NCBI RefSeq assembly: GCF_963921235.1
Contig: NC_086108.1
Span: forward strand, 52,020,001-52,084,000
DNA length: 64,000 nt
Origin: Mobula hypostoma
Lineage: Eukaryota
Direction: 5' to 3'
A model generated the notes under the pieces. It saw only the letters and a program-made list of their open reading frames with translations. It was not told where the DNA came from and did no database searches. The number at the start of each line of letters is the position of its first letter. Within the stretch, counting starts at the first letter, position 1. Positions 11,347 through 25,460 of this stretch are shown here, piece by piece. Made by a program: the position numbers and the translations under genes.

Positions 11347-14300
11347 GTACCTCTTCCTAGAGATGCTGCCTGGCCTGCTGCGTTCACCAGCAACTTTGGT
11401 GCGTGTGGCCTCAACAACCTACGGATTCACTTTTAAGGACTCGACAACTTGTGTTCTTGATATTTATTGCTTATTTATTTGTTATGATGTTTTTTCTTTT
11501 GTTGTTTTGTATTTGCACAGATCGTTGGTTGTTTTTCTATCTTTGTCGTGTGAGGTTTTTCCATTGATTCTATTGTGTTACTTTGTATTTACTGTGAATG
11601 CCTACAAGAAAATGAAACCGAGGGTCGTATATGGTGACATGTAAGTTCTTTGGCAATAAATTTCCTTTGAATTATGAACTTTGATCAATACCTCTATTCA
11701 CTAAACCACCCCACCACAACTACACACACATCACCTAGTATCACTTTATGTACGGACAATCAGTCCATATATACACACACACACCAGTTACTTGCACATT
11801 GTGTTCTATATGATTGCTTTTATATTTATTGCATTTTTCTGAATGTGTTCTTTATGTTTTTATGCTGTATCAGATCTGGAGTAGCAATCATTTTGTTCTC
11901 CTTTACACTCATGTACTAAAGAATGACAATAAACAGTCTTGAATCTTAAAATTAGCAGAAGTAGGCCTCATTGCCCTTGTGGCTGCTCAGCCATTCAATA
12001 GTCATGTTGATCAGACAGTTATATCATTTCTGCATTCCTGCTTAACCCCAGTAAGATCTCACCCCTTGTTTACTATAACTGACTTTACCCCAGCCCTAAA
12101 AATGTTCAAATACTGTACTTCTCCCTCCCTTTGAGTAAGAGTGCTCCAACTATTCACAGCGCTGAGAGAAAACATTTTACCTTCTCTCCATCATAAATGG
12201 AGTACCTATTATTTCTAAACATTATCATTTGTTCTAGTTTCTCTGACAAGGGGAGATATTCTCTCCACCATCACTGTCATAAATCCTCAGGAACTAAGAT
12301 GTTTCATTCAAGTCCTCTGTCCCTCTTGTAAACTTCAACAGGTATATCTATTCCACCCAACTGTCATAAAACAACCTGACCATATAGAAAATCTATTTTG
12401 CGGTATAAGCAGAGAACCAGCTAACAAAGATGCTAGTGGCAGTTTTGTTTTCCTTGTGGATGAGTTGTGTGAATTCAGCAGAAAACCAGTCTCATAATTT
12501 CAAAACACTGCAGTCCTTAAGGTATTACGGAAATAAAAGGCAAGGGGCTTTGCCATGGTTGTTATAAGAGATATCCAGCCTGAGGACACTCTTTTAAGAT
12601 GGCATCATGCTGTATTTTTTTTAATGATTCATTTTTTTTTAAGAGTCTGAGTGTTGTTGCCCAGGCCAGAATTCAGTTTCCATTCCTAATCACTGTTGTG
12701 AAGATTTTTACCACTGTCATGAACCATTGCAGCTCTTCTGGTGAAGCTATACACAGTGCTGTTGATAGGAAATTTCAGTACTAGACCTAGCTACAATGAA
12801 GGACAAGCAGTACGTTTCCCAATCAGGAATGGGGTGCGGCTTAAAGGGGTATTCCAAAGTGGCAGCTGCCCTTGTCCATCTTTGTGGTAGATTGCAGGTT
12901 GAGAGGTACTGTTGGAGTAACTAGTGACAAGTCCTGCAAGGCTTTTTGCAAAGTGGTGGTTGAACTGCCAATGAGCTGCTTTTTCCTCTGATGTCAAACT
13001 TCTTGAGAGTTGTTGCAGATGGACTTCTCCAGTGAAGTGGAGAATATTCCATGACGGACAGCCAAAAATATCAATGTAATTAGAAAGAGTCAATATAGAT
13101 TTATGAAAAAAAAATGTGATTTGAAAATAAATGCTCTCAATACTGTACTCTCATTGGTAAACAGACTTAGCAAGAAAGGTACTTAATCACCTTTTGCATT
13201 GAGCAACTCTCATTAGGATCACATTATAGAACGACAGAATCCAATAGATTTCCTTTCATTATATTGTCTGAGTGCACCGAGTGCGTCAGAATTATTCATA
13301 TCTTGGAAGAAATTCAGAAAATATAGACATTTTCAGCTGGTCTGGCAAGAGTTTGTGGAGAGAGAAACAGACCTTGTCAGATCTATGACCTCTAATAAAA
13401 AAAATAGAAAAACAGTTCAGTAAGATTTAAAGCAAGGAAGAAAGGAAGAATAAAAGGGAAAAGCCAATGATAGGATATAATGTATGAGACATGGACTGAC
13501 AGAAGTGGTGGTGGGGCCAGGTAACGCAGATTGGTAAAGGCATTAGTGAATGAAAAAAGATCTAGAGAAGGAGTAAATAAGGAGATGATAAATAAAATCT
13601 TAAATTTCTGGGAGTCTTTTGCCAGTTGTGTATTTCCATTTTATATTTTTAATCTGGAATCCCAGAACACCCATTGTGTTTTGCTTTTAGATATTCTGCA
13701 TGGGAATCTTTACATTAGACATGTGAAAAAAATTGTTCAAAGTGCAAGTAGGCTAAACCCTGAAAACAGATTTAAAAACATGATAGAGGGCTAAGTACTT
13801 AACCTTCAGAACATTGCCCAATTCAATATTACTGAGACAAATTTGATTTATTTTCATTCTGGCCACATGATTGTCGTTTTGTTCCGTTTTATACAATTTC
13901 CACTCACTTCAGACCCACTCTGGTGATTTTTCTTTTTCATTTCACAGTCCTGTGCAGAATTTAATTGAACTCAAGATAAATCCTGGTAAACATCTAATTT
14001 GCTTCCAAGTAACAACATTCTTCAATTAACTTTGCTAAAAATCATGGGTTTAGAATTTCCATTTCAGTCACAGCATGAATGGGGAGGTCACTTCACATAA
14101 TCTACTTGCTGTGGTTCCTTATTTATCCATGCAATAGCTCAGATAAGGCCTCAGCAATAAAAAGTAGCAATAACATAAACCACCATTTCAGAGCAACAAT
14201 TAGCCTTGCGTCATGCTCCTCTAGTTGATTTGAGGCAATGAATTGGTTCTGTTTAGAATTTTTAATAATGTAAGCGATAATTTGAAATACTTAAAGTAAT

Positions 14301-14361
14301 AACTGTATCTTGTTTCTGTGCAAAACACTTGATATGGAAATTTGGTCAAGCAGAACAGTGA

Positions 14362-15323
14362 TCAGACAGAGTGATCAGCAGCACTGGGGCTCCACAGGGG
14401 ACTGTCTTGTCTTCCTTTCGCTTCACCATTTACACCTTGGACTTCAATTACTGCACAGAGTCTTGTCATCTTCAGAAGTTTTTGGATGACTCTGTCATAG
14501 TTGGATGCATCAGCAAGGGAGATGAGGCTGAGTACAGGGCTACGGTAGGAAACTTTGTCACATGGTGTGAGCAGAATTATCTGCAGCTTAATGTGAAAAA
14601 GACTAAGGAGCTGGTGGTAGACCTGAGGAGAGCTAAGGTACCGGTGACCCCTGTTTCCTTCCAGGGGGTCAGTGTGGACATGGTGGAGGATTACAAATAC
14701 CTGGGGATATGAATTGACAATAAACTGGACTGGTTAAAGAACACTGAGGCTGTCTACAAGAAGGGTCAGAGCCGTCTCTATTTCCTGAGGAGACTGAGGT
14801 CCTTTAACATCTGCCGGACGATGCTGAGGATGTTCTACGAGTCTGTGGTGGCCAGTGCTATCATGTTTGCTGTTGTGTGCTGGGGCAGCAGGCTGAGGGT
14901 AGCAGACACCAACAGAATCAACAAACTCATTCGTAAGGCCAGTGATGTTGTGGGGATGGAACTGGACTCTCTCACAGTGGTGTCTGAAAAGAGGATGCTG
15001 TCTAAATTGCATGCCATCTTGGTCAATGTCTCCCATCCACTACATAATGTACTGGGTGGGCACAGGGAGTACATTCAGCCAGAGACTCATTTCACCGAGA
15101 TGTAGCACAGAGCGTCATAGGAAGTCATTCCTGCCTGAGGACTTTACAACTCCTCCCTTGGAGGGTCAGGCACCCTGAGCCAACAGGCTGGTCCTGGACT
15201 TATTTCATAATTTACTGGCATAATTTACATATTACTATTTAACTATTTATGGTTCTATTATTATTTATGGTGCAACTGTAACGAAAACCAATTTCCCCCG
15301 GGATCAATAAAGTATGACTATGA
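14362..15323 (+). mobile_element. 5'-truncated Rex1-type LINE
   Basis: SSTGAPQGTVLS...CHLQKFLDDSVIVGCI...LNVKKTKELVVD; MFYESVVASAI; 3' end caataaagtatgactatga. Confidence 0.88.
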
Positions 15324-15427
15324 TTGGATCAAGATTTGACCTGTACTAGATTATAAGTTTGATTTCCATCCCCCTCCCCCCCATAATATATGGTTACTAC
15401 AAAAAAAATCTGTCCATTTCCAAGAGA

Positions 15428-15620
15428 GATTACAGATGCTGGAAAACTGAAGAACTAAGTGCTGGAGCAATTTAGCAAGTCAGATGGTGTCTATGGAGGG
15501 AAATGGGCAGTTAATGTTTCAGTTGAGACCCTTCATCAGGACTGGGATAAAAGATCTTGACCCAAAATGTTGATTGTCCACTTCTCTCCAAAGATGGTGG
15601 CTGGCCCACTGAGTTATTCC
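15428..15620. mobile_element. Short palindromic Penelope-end-derived repeat with a minus-strand hammerhead core
   Basis: cagatgctggaa...atgtttcagttgagacccttcatcaggactg (reverse complement CUGAUGA...GAAAC), followed by a degenerate inverted half. Confidence 0.65.
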
Positions 15621-16942
15621 ATGTGCACTGGATCATGTTTACAGAATAAATTAATGCATAGTGATTCAGTATTGGCATTTATAGTGATATTCATGCCATG
15701 ACTGAAATGGAAATATTTGTGTTTCAACATTAACTTAAACATTATGTGCTGCCTACTGAAGCTACCAATGTGGGGATTGCAACCCTTATCTATAACTTTG
15801 CTGAGTTCCTTTTTCCATCTCATCAAAACCAATTTCTTTTTCTGAGCCAATGTGCATAAACTTGATTTTTTTTAACTGCATCTGTATTGCATGACAGGAC
15901 AGGGATGCAGTTAAACAAATTTCAAGATTTAACATTAGACAGACTCCTCCTGGAAATCAAGAGGGAGCTCATAGGAAGTGTACTGTTACCTTTCTCTAGA
16001 GGAAACTTCATATTGATAGCATTACGCAGAATTGATTAAGGACATTTTTGTGGTAGAGAGAAATTAAAACTGCCTGTTCATGTTTAATCAAGGCATAATG
16101 CTATGTTGTGTTTAAAGAATTCCCCCACGTTGATTACGATTTAATCCAGAAAAGTATCAGATTAAAGAATGTAAGTCCGCCAGTGTTTTTGTCAATTCCC
16201 CAAGAGCTTCATTCATGGTTTTGATTTAATTTCTCTCAATAGGAAACAGGTTGAGGAAATGCCTGTCTTCATAATGTTCATGTTTTTGACGTTTAGTTTG
16301 CACTAATCGGCATGCAGTTTTAATGTGTGCTTGTGTTATTTGATGAGCTCAACTGTGCACTGTTCTGCCCAAAGTGGCCACAAAAACAAGTGCCTTCGTT
16401 AGCTTCATTTACTGTACTTGGCTAAATTCTTCCAAATGAATATACAAGTAGTTTAATTTTGATTGGTTTCCACCCATATACAAGTGAGCTATTTCAACTT
16501 CATTTACATTTTAAGAAAAATCAGATATTTGAATCTTCCTTGAAGTGACCAAAAGCATGGGCCAGATTCTTTAATTCTGATGAAATACAGAGCTTGAACT
16601 TAAAACAAAATCAATTTTCTAATTGTTGTTGTTACTGCTTTCTTCCTGAAGTTACTTCATCATAATAACTGATAGGTCAAGTGTCTGCACTATGTTAGAT
16701 TACCAAAATTTTAATTGACATTTCCCCAAGATTTGAAACTAAATGCAATAATTGTAAAATCAAAGTTCCTGGTTTTCCAAAGCTTGGCAGCAAAATGAAA
16801 CAAAATTGGAAAATGACTCTTTAAGCAATACAATACATAAACCATGTGGATGAGAGTCTGCTTCACACTTAGCTGTTGATAAATCAATATCAGTGCCTCA
16901 TCGCTGACTCAAATCTATGTATTGTATGATTAAAATTTTAAG

Positions 16943-17900
16943 TTGGTCAGCACATGGAACTATGATGTTGTAGCCATTACTGAAAATTGGTTGAGAGAGG
17001 GACAGGAATGGGTGATTAATGTACCAGGTTTTCGAAGATTTAGAGAAGATAAGGAGGGAGTAAAATGTGGTGGTGGGGAGTGGGGGGTAGTTTCACTACT
17101 AACCAGGGTCAATCGCACAGCCGCACTCAGAGGAGACTAATGGAGGGGTCAGACACTGAATACATTTGGGTGAAACTCAGCAATCACACTGATGGAATTG
17201 TACTACAGACCCTCTAATAACCACCGGAACATAGAGGAACAGTATATAATCAGATTATGGAAATGTGTAAAAATAATTGGGTTTTTGTCACGGGGGATTT
17301 CAACTTCCCTAATATAAACTGGGACCTTAATATAAAGGGTTTAGATGGGGCAGAATTTGTTAAGTGTTTCCAGGAAGTTTTTTGAAATCAATATGTGGAC
17401 GGTCCAATGAAAGGAGGAGCCATACTGGACCTTGTGTTGGGTAAGGAGCCTTGCCAGGGGACTGACCTTTCAGTGGGAGACCCTTCCATATGCTATCACA
17501 AGAGGCTGGATAAACTTGGGTTGTTTTCTGTGGAGTACCGGAGGCTGAGCGATCTGATGGAGGTTTACAAGATTATGAGAGGCAGAGATAGAGTGGACAG
17601 ACGGTATCCGACTCCAGGGTTGAAATATCTTATACCAGAGGGCATGCACTGAAGCTGAGAGGGGGTAGGTTCAAGGGGGATGTGAGGGTTAAGTTTTTTT
17701 TTTACTCGTGGATTCGTGGATGCCTGGAATGTGCTGCCTAGTTTGGTGATAAAGGCAAATGTATTAGAGGTTTTAAGAGATGTTTGGATAGGCATATGGA
17801 TGTAAGGAAGATGGAGGGATATGGACATGGTGTAGGTAGGAGGGATAAGTGTTTGGGTGTTTTTGATTGGATGCTGTACTCTACTATGTTCTATGTTCTA
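16943..17900 (+). mobile_element. CR1 LINE remnant (AP endonuclease part joined to the 3' end)
   Basis: YDVVAITENWL, GDFNFP-like and AILDLVL motifs; LGLFSVEYRRL; tail ctatgttctatgttcta. Confidence 0.8.
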
Positions 17901-19697
17901 ATTACTAAGTTATTATGTTATAGAATACTGAGACTTTAAAATGTAATATCTTCATTCTCAGATGTTGTCAGTACCAGAACTCCAGAATGTTGTTCGATTT
18001 GAGAATGGTCACTCAGCACAGAAGTAGGCTCTTCAACACAACATGATCATGCCAACCATCGCATACCCGTCTAAACTCAAGACATTTTATCAGCATTTGG
18101 TCCATTGCTTCCATGTTTTAGGTGATTCAAGTGCTTATCTCAATGGTTCTTAAATTTTGTGAGAATTCCTGCCTTCACTGCCTTCTCAGGCAGTGCTTTC
18201 CAGATTCCTGCCAAACTCTGGGTGAAAAAGTTCTTCCTCAGGTTCCTCCAAACATCTTACCCTCATCCTAAGCTTATACTTTCTAATCTTAGATACCATA
18301 CCACTACCACAGAAGAAAGCCTATCTTCTCGATCTATGTCTGTCATAATTTTATCTTCCACCACCAGGTCCATCTGTGCCTCCTTTGCTGCAAGGTAAAC
18401 AAACTCAACCAATATTGCCTCTCCTCATAATTGAAGCAGTCCTTCTCAGGCAGGACCCAATTTTAATCCTCTGTCAAGGTCGGAGTATCGTCCATTCTCT
18501 TGGCTGGTAGATTTTTCAACCAAGTTTGTCTCATTCAAAACTTCCACCAATGAGAAGTGACAAAGCATTTGTTCATGACAGCAACTCACTACCACCTTCC
18601 TCAAAGGAGTTGAAAATGGGTAAAAATTGCTGGGCTTCCCAGTGATTTCAGTATCCCAGAAATGAATGAAAAGATGAAAAACAAGGAGACTCTTCTTTAA
18701 AGCCTCATCTTAGCTTGAGGACAGTTTTTGCTTAATGCAAGGTTTGAAAACTATGTTATGGATACACAATAAATCTGTAGGAGTATGCAGACAATATTGT
18801 GCAGTGATCCATTTGCAAAACTATGGGTGGAAGAAGTTGGAGAGAAGGTCGGGGGGGGGTTAGTCAGAGATATGCTTGGTAGATGTGTTGGGCAATTGAA
18901 GGGGACTGCTACATTGGATTAGGCAATTATCGGACTTTTGGTGATTAAAATATAAACACAAACTGGTAGCTGATAAATCTGGAAGTGGGTTCACATTGAA
19001 GGAACGTTTGGAAGCCTCTATTCCAGTGCCTTCTTGGATTGAATAACTGGAATCTATACAGTCTGGAAACTTGTGCATTACCACTAGTTCATTGCGTCTG
19101 TATCCTCTCTCTGTGTTTATGTGCCTGTGTGTTTATTTGTGTATGCACCATTTAGTTTCTTATTGTCATGGTTACTACTTTTTTCCATTCACTTTTTCCA
19201 TACGTATAATGGGAAAAACCCTCATAAATCTCATTAAAAATAATCTGAGAATTACATTTCAGAAATACCATTTGTACCATTTTCTGGAAATGCTTACTCT
19301 GTGCAAAGTAAGTGGGTATGTTCCATATCACAATAACATGACTACATGTATCAGTGGAATGTGTTGTAATGATATTGCTAATACAGCTAAACGAAGACCT
19401 TCCTGTCTCGTCAAATCTTGGCCTTAAGCATGGATTTTTGTGACCAGAATGATGACGCTACGGGAAATAAGTGTCAAAGTGGAGGGGGAGCATTGTCTCT
19501 CTTTGGAAGCCGAAGATCCATATAATGCACTTATAGGCACTGTAGCTCTACAGATAGGTACGTGTTTATACACAACATGTAAGAGACTGTTTAAATCACA
19601 TCCTGTGCCATATTCTGAGATCAATTGCAATCTTGAAGTACAAGTGGGGAGAGTTGGCAGTGAAGCCATGAATAGCAAGAAATGAATGGCTTATCTC

Positions 19698-20410
19698 AAA
19701 GTTCAAAATAAATATATTATTGAAGTACATATATATCACTAAGTACTACCCTGACATTCATAGCCTTAGAGGCATTCACAATAGAACAGAGAAATACAAT
19801 AGAATCGATGAAAATTTACACACAAAGACTGGAAAGCAGCCAATGTGCAAAAGAAGATTAACTGTGCAAACGCAAAAAGAAAACAAATAACAATAATAAT
19901 AAATTAATAAGTAAAGAAATAATACCGAGAACATGGGTTGCAGAATCCCTGAAAGTGAATTTAGAAGTCGTGGAATCAGTTCAGTGTTGAGGTGAGTGAA
20001 GTTATCCACAATGATTCAAGAGCCTGATGGTTGAAGGGTAATAACTGGTCCCAGACCTGGTGGTGTGGGACCTAAGGCTCCTGTACCTCCTTCCCGATGG
20101 CAGTGGCAAGAGAACATGGCCTGGGTGATGAGGGTGCATGATGATGGATACTGCTTTCCTGTGGCAGTGTTCTTCATGTGTCGATGGTAGAGAGGGCTTT
20201 TCCTGTGATGGACTGGGCTGCAGCCTCCACTTTTTGTAGGCTTTTCTGTTCTTGGGCATTGGTGTTTCCCTACCAGGCTGTGATGCAACCAGACAGGATA
20301 CTCTGCATGGTGTCTCTATAGAAGTCTGTCAGAGTTTTAGATGATGTGCTGAATCCACAAACTTCTAAGTAGAGGCACTGATGTGCCTTCTTTGAAATGG
20401 CACTTCTGGG
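19698..20410 (-). mobile_element. Rex1/Babar-like LINE 3' fragment
   Basis: Minus-strand HHPGHVLLPLPSGRRYRSLRSHTTR; tail reads aaagttcaaaataaatatattatt on +. Confidence 0.75.
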
Positions 20411-23400
20411 CTGTGAGCCACCTTTGATAGACAAATGGTTAAGCTATTCACTGGCTATTGAAAACATCTGGCTTTCTGGAGTCAGCAGCAGCAGCATTAA
20501 TATGATGTAGGAAAAAGAATGAGAAATGAATAGTCAGTAAAGCAGAAGAGGGAGAAGAGTCAGAAACTGATTAGATTATGAGGTTCTTCACCACAAGCTA
20601 GAACTGGCATGGAAGCTAATATCTAACATGAAAGGAAAGGGTTTAAGCAGTTGTAAAATAAAATTATCTGAGCGTTATAGCAGAGACCACCGGTATTTGG
20701 CAGCAAAAGCCTTTTATGCTGCACTTTCTCAGTATCTCTGCTCTACTTGCTCAGGGTTGGCCTCTTGATTCTGGGGATATTTTGTACAGCAGAATATTTT
20801 TGCTACTGAGGAGAATTCCAGACTGGCAAGAAAATGGGAAACCTAACAAACAGAAATAGAGGGAAAGCAGATAATGCTGGAAATACTTACTAGGTCAACA
20901 GAAAATAAAACTGAAATCATATTTCCCAGCTCCAGTATTTGGCATTATACAAGGTGAGAGAGAAATTAAATGCTGTGGAAAGTATAGGCACTCCTGAGAT
21001 AGTTGGCCCAACTGATTGACTGTACATTCCATGATCACTGTGCAAACAAACACATTAGTGAATAAAGAGCACCTGAAACAAGTCACTCAGATGTCCTGAA
21101 TTCACGTTTCAATTTCTAACTATATTGCTGCCCATTAGTTCAGAAGTGATAACAGAATAAATAATGATAGCTGTAAGACATGGTTTTAGCCCTTTAATAT
21201 AGACTTTGATGCTAATACTCACAAGCCCCTCAAACCTTGCTCTCACAGAGCTCAGCTTCATCAAAGCCGATTATTTGAAACAACATTTTAGAGCTTTACC
21301 CAAAATATATATTAATTTAATTATCATCACAGGATTCCACCAGAGGTCGTGTTATAACATTAATATTTTTTTAAATTTCAGAGCTTTAGGATGAAAGGAA
21401 AATGGAATAGCTAATGTTTGTGGGTGGTATTGTCAACAACCTCTAAAGCAAAATATCGGATTCTGTATGAGGAAACGATAAATACTACTTGTTCCTCTGA
21501 GTATGGATAATCCAGTAACTCAAAGGAAAATTAGAAATTTATCTTCGCAAGTGATAATATAAACCATATTTCCTGATTATCCATGAAATATGCTTTTTGC
21601 ACCACATATGAAAATATAAACTTGTAAGGAATGCCTCGAAATTCAACTTCGCAGTTAGGATTTAATTGTAAAAATCTTCAAAGTTAAATTCTGGAGAAGC
21701 TAAATGATACTTTCATAATCTGAGCTGATCATCCATACATAGCACTCTTTGGAATTCTGTATCCCAGAGACGTGTGAAAGTGAGACCATTGCACATATGA
21801 CAATAACTGGCAGATATTTAAACTGCAGTAGACTGGGGTGGGGGGGGGGAGAGAAATAGATATAGATTAAGGACAAGACTGCATTAACCTTGATCTTACA
21901 GAATGATGGAGTAGACTCAAGGGGCTGACTAGTATACTCCTGCTCCAATATATTGTGCTCTCTTGTTCAATATGAAACTATTAGTACAACAGCATTTGTT
22001 GTGATTATTACAAAAGAACCCTTCTATGGACACAATAAACCGTATGTTCCAAAAAAATAGTTAAAAATTTACTGGAAGTATGGTGCTGATTAGAGTGCCT
22101 TAGGCTATGGCTGACTGCCATGCAAGAAGATTTGTTAGCCAAAGCCATGGACTCCTAAATGATCCATGCTCTGACAAATCTGCACATTTAAGATACTGAT
22201 GGTTTACTTACATATAATTCAAGTGTTTTACTTAATGGAAAACATTATTCACATGATGTACACACCATGGCAACTAGGCTACAGTCCAATCTTAATCCAC
22301 CCTCTATGGAGAAAAGAAATGCCTTAATATGGAAGAATGGAAAACAGACAGAAAGTAACCACTGAAAAATAAATCCATTGTGAGCAGCAGATCTTTGTAA
22401 GATAAAATCTGGTGAGGATGACAGATATTTAAAAAAAAGATGAAGCATAATTAGTGTGCAGGATAGACCCGAGATTGGCCAGATGAGAAAGAAATTAAAA
22501 ATGAAAAAGAAATTCCAAAAGAAATTGAAGCATTGGAAATATATTTAAATACATAGGTGATCATGGAAAGTATCTGAAGGCTGTAAAAATCATTGAAAAA
22601 TAATTTTATCTGGGAAGAGACATAAAAGCTGAGGAACATAAATTATGAAAATAATTTGATAATGAAGATCATATTTTTGACAGGTGATCTTCCATATTAA
22701 TCAAGTAATAATGGCTACCAAAAATAGTTTCCTCACAATTTTTTTCTAAACTTATAAATATTTAGTAGTTACTTCAAGGCATTCTTAAGTAATGTACTGT
22801 CAGTTTAACTAGTTTATTTCTGAGGTTCCTACTTTTCACAGCTTCAACAGTTAACCCTGAATAAATAACATCAATGTCAATGTCCTTAATCTTCCAAAAC
22901 ATATCGAGACTTTCAAATCGCTGACTCACAATTTTAAAAATAATTGTACGCAATTGCAGGAAACAGAGTATTTTAAAACCGCATACTTAAACAGAGAGTT
23001 CACATTAAAAAATCAATTCTCCAAGTTGTGCTACATTGATAGTTGCACTTCATTTTAATGGTCTTCCAAACCATACTTGGAGTTACTTGCAGAAGAGATC
23101 CAATATTGGATATAACTTCAGTCTGAACCATTTATAGTATTCTTTTAATATGCTTGAGTTCTTTTGTTACTGATTTCATTCTAAACTGTATGTATCAGCT
23201 GGTATATCCCAAGAGATGAGAAACTTGAAAACCTCCATCCTCAAAGCAGATGAACTTGAAACTTGCCAAAAGTATGTATGCTTCTCGGAAAGAGAGGGGA
23301 AAGACAACTAGCACCCAATTATACTCATGGTCTTGATCTTAATAGTGATAGGTCTCACGTCTGGGTTTTCCCAGAACAAACCATTAAATTTGGTGTATTT

Positions 23401-23739
23401 CCACACCTCCTCCTCACTCGCTATCTAGCATTGTTGTGCATGGTCCCAAATTCTGTATCTCTGAGTGAGAAACCACAGCCTAGAGACCATAGCATCCACG
23501 ATTACTTTATTAAACTATTCTGTGATTGAGAAAGTGGCATGCTAGTGTGCTATTTCTGTGCTCTCCGATGGAAGTTTTCCCCAAGGAGTCAAACTTTTAG
23601 AAACAACTTTTTTTTCCTGCATGAAATGCTATAGAGAAGGAAATATATATGTATGTGTATATGTGTGTGTGTGTGTGTGTATGAAGGAAGCTGACAAAAT
23701 GGCACAAAACACTTGCATTCAGGTTTGACAACTTATTCA

Positions 23740-24580
23740 AATGGAATGTTAGCCTTACTTGCAAGGGGTATGGAGTATAAAAGCAGGAAAATTTTGCAGA
23801 ATCTCTGCGAGTCATTTGGAGTCTCCTGTGCAGTTTTGTTCTAGTTAAATAAGGAGATGCTTTTCTTTAGAGGTATTACAGACCTGTTTCTTGTGATGAA
23901 GGGCTTGAGGTATAAAGAAAGATTGAACAGGTTGGGCATAGAAGAGGTGATCTTATTCAAATGTATGAGATTGCAGGGTGGATGCTGAGAGCATGTTTCC
24001 CCAGTCATTCAAGTATGGGTTTTAAGGTGCTTGGAAGTAGGTACAAAGGAGATGTCAGGGGTAGGTTTTTTACACAGAGAGTAGTGAGTGCGTGGAATGG
24101 GCTGCCGGCGGCGGCGGTGGATGTGGAAATGATAGGGTCTTTTAAGAGACTCCTGGATGGCTGCCTGGAGCTTAGAAAAATAGAGGGCTATGGGTAAAGC
24201 CTAGGTAGTTCTAAGGTAGGGACATGTTCCGCACAGCTTTGTGAGCTGAAGGGCCTGTATTGTGATGTATGTTTTCTATGTTTCTAACTTATCAGGAATC
24301 TGGAACAAAAGCATAGTTTCAGGATAAGTGCTCACCCATATAAGATGGAGATGAGGAGGAACAACTTCTCTCAGAGGATCCCGACTCTTTGCAATTGTCT
24401 ACCTCTGAAAGCTTGGAAATAGAGTCATTGAGTACCCTTAAGACAGAAATTGATAGAAATTTAAGCCACAAAGGAATTACGGGATAAGTCATAGTGTGGG
24501 AAAGTGGTGTTGTTGCCAAAATTGGATCTGAATTTAATGACAGAGCAGGCTCAAGGGGCCTACTAGCCAACCCCTGTTTC
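23740..24580 (+). mobile_element. Nested CR1 3' fragments
   Basis: GRFFTQRVVSAWNGLP...SFKRLLD with a ctatgtttcta tail (~24010-24285), inside an older CR1 remnant. Confidence 0.7.
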
Positions 24581-24894
24581 TGGTGCATCATGCGTAAACC
24601 TCTCCCCACCATTGAGCACATCGACACGGGGTGTTGTCACAGGAAAGCAGCATCTATCATCAGGGACCCCCACCACCCAGGTCATGCTCTCTTCTTTGCT
24701 GGTGCCATCCTGAAGAAGCTACAAGAGCCTCAGGACTCACACCACCAGGTTTAGGCACAGTTTTTACCTCTCAGCCATCAGGCCTCTGAAGCAAAGGGGA
24801 TAACTTCATTCAACTTCTCTTACACCATCATTGAAATGTTCCCCCAGCCAATTGACTCACTTATAAAGACTCATCATCTTATGTTCTTGATATT

Positions 24895-25258
24895 TATAAC
24901 CATATAACAATTACAGCACGGAAACAGGCCATCTTGGCCCTTCTAGCCCATGCCGAACTCTTACTCTCACCTAGTCCCACTGACCTGGCTGCACTCAGCC
25001 CATAACCCTCCATTCCTTTCCTGTCCATATAGCTATCCAATTTAGCTTTAAATAACAACATCGAATCTTCCTCAACCACTTCTGCTGGAAGCTCATTCCA
25101 CACAGCTACCACTCTCTGAGTAACGAAGTTCCCCCTCCTGTTACCCCTAAACTTTTTCCCTTTAACTCTCAACTCATGTCCTCTTGTTTGAATCTCCCCC
25201 ACTCTCAAAGGAAAAAACCTATCCACGTCAACTCTATCGATCCCCCTCATAATTTTAT
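24895..25258 (-). mobile_element. CR1 3' fragment
   Basis: MRGIDRVDVDRFFPL...TRGHELRV...TQRVVAVWNELP; tail repeat ataaccatataac on +. Confidence 0.85.
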
Positions 25259-25460
25259 ATACTTGTTATTGCTTATTTATTTATAATTATTATTTTTATT
25301 TCTTTGTATTTGCACAGTTTGTTGTCTTTTGCACAGTGGTTGAACACCCAAGTTGGCATGTGGTCTTTCATTGCTTCTGTTATGATTACTATTCTATTAT
25401 AGATTTATTGAGTATGCTTGTAAGAAAATGAATCACAGGTACATATCTGTACTTTGATAA

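Larger units (their letters stand above)
10425..11410 (-). mobile_element. Truncated Penelope-like element with inverted pseudo-LTR
   Basis: 15-bp TSD tcaacaacctacgga (10410-10424, 11411-11425); inverted arms 10459-10828 and 11034-11409; spacer encodes a GIY-YIG-domain C-terminus on the minus strand (DLPVTTHFNSTSHSHSDMSIHGL...GTNIDFSNFR*). Confidence 0.9.
6270..11683 (+). mobile_element. Degenerate Rex1/Babar-clade LINE ORF2 and 3' UTR, interrupted by a Gypsy element and a Penelope-like element
   Basis: RT motifs PVTLTSAVMKCIERL and LQFAY...RSTADAISLAL; 3' tail aataaatttcctttgaattatgaacttt. Confidence 0.8.
6040..11947 (+). mobile_element. Outer LINE 3' remnant (Rex1/Babar-like), split into ~6040-6268 and ~11684-11947
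   Basis: ORF2 C-terminal-like text (KANNIMKDP; PSGKRLRSIHARTTRLKN). The 3' UTR appears to resume after the nested insert (aggctga|tcaatacctc) and ends aataaacagtcttgaatctt. Confidence 0.55.

Noticed and set aside
10357..11436. Cluster of overlapping 70-140 aa ORFs
   Set aside because: Artefacts of the purine/pyrimidine-skewed inverted Penelope UTR; only the GIY-YIG tail is real coding remnant.
12620..13060. Degenerate interspersed-repeat-like segment
   Set aside because: Too decayed to assign a family from sequence alone.
13925..13990. Strong acceptor (ttttcatttcacag) followed by a 38-nt candidate exon (PVQNLIELKINP)
   Set aside because: Weak donor (gtaaac) and no recognisable homology; cannot be supported without transcripts.
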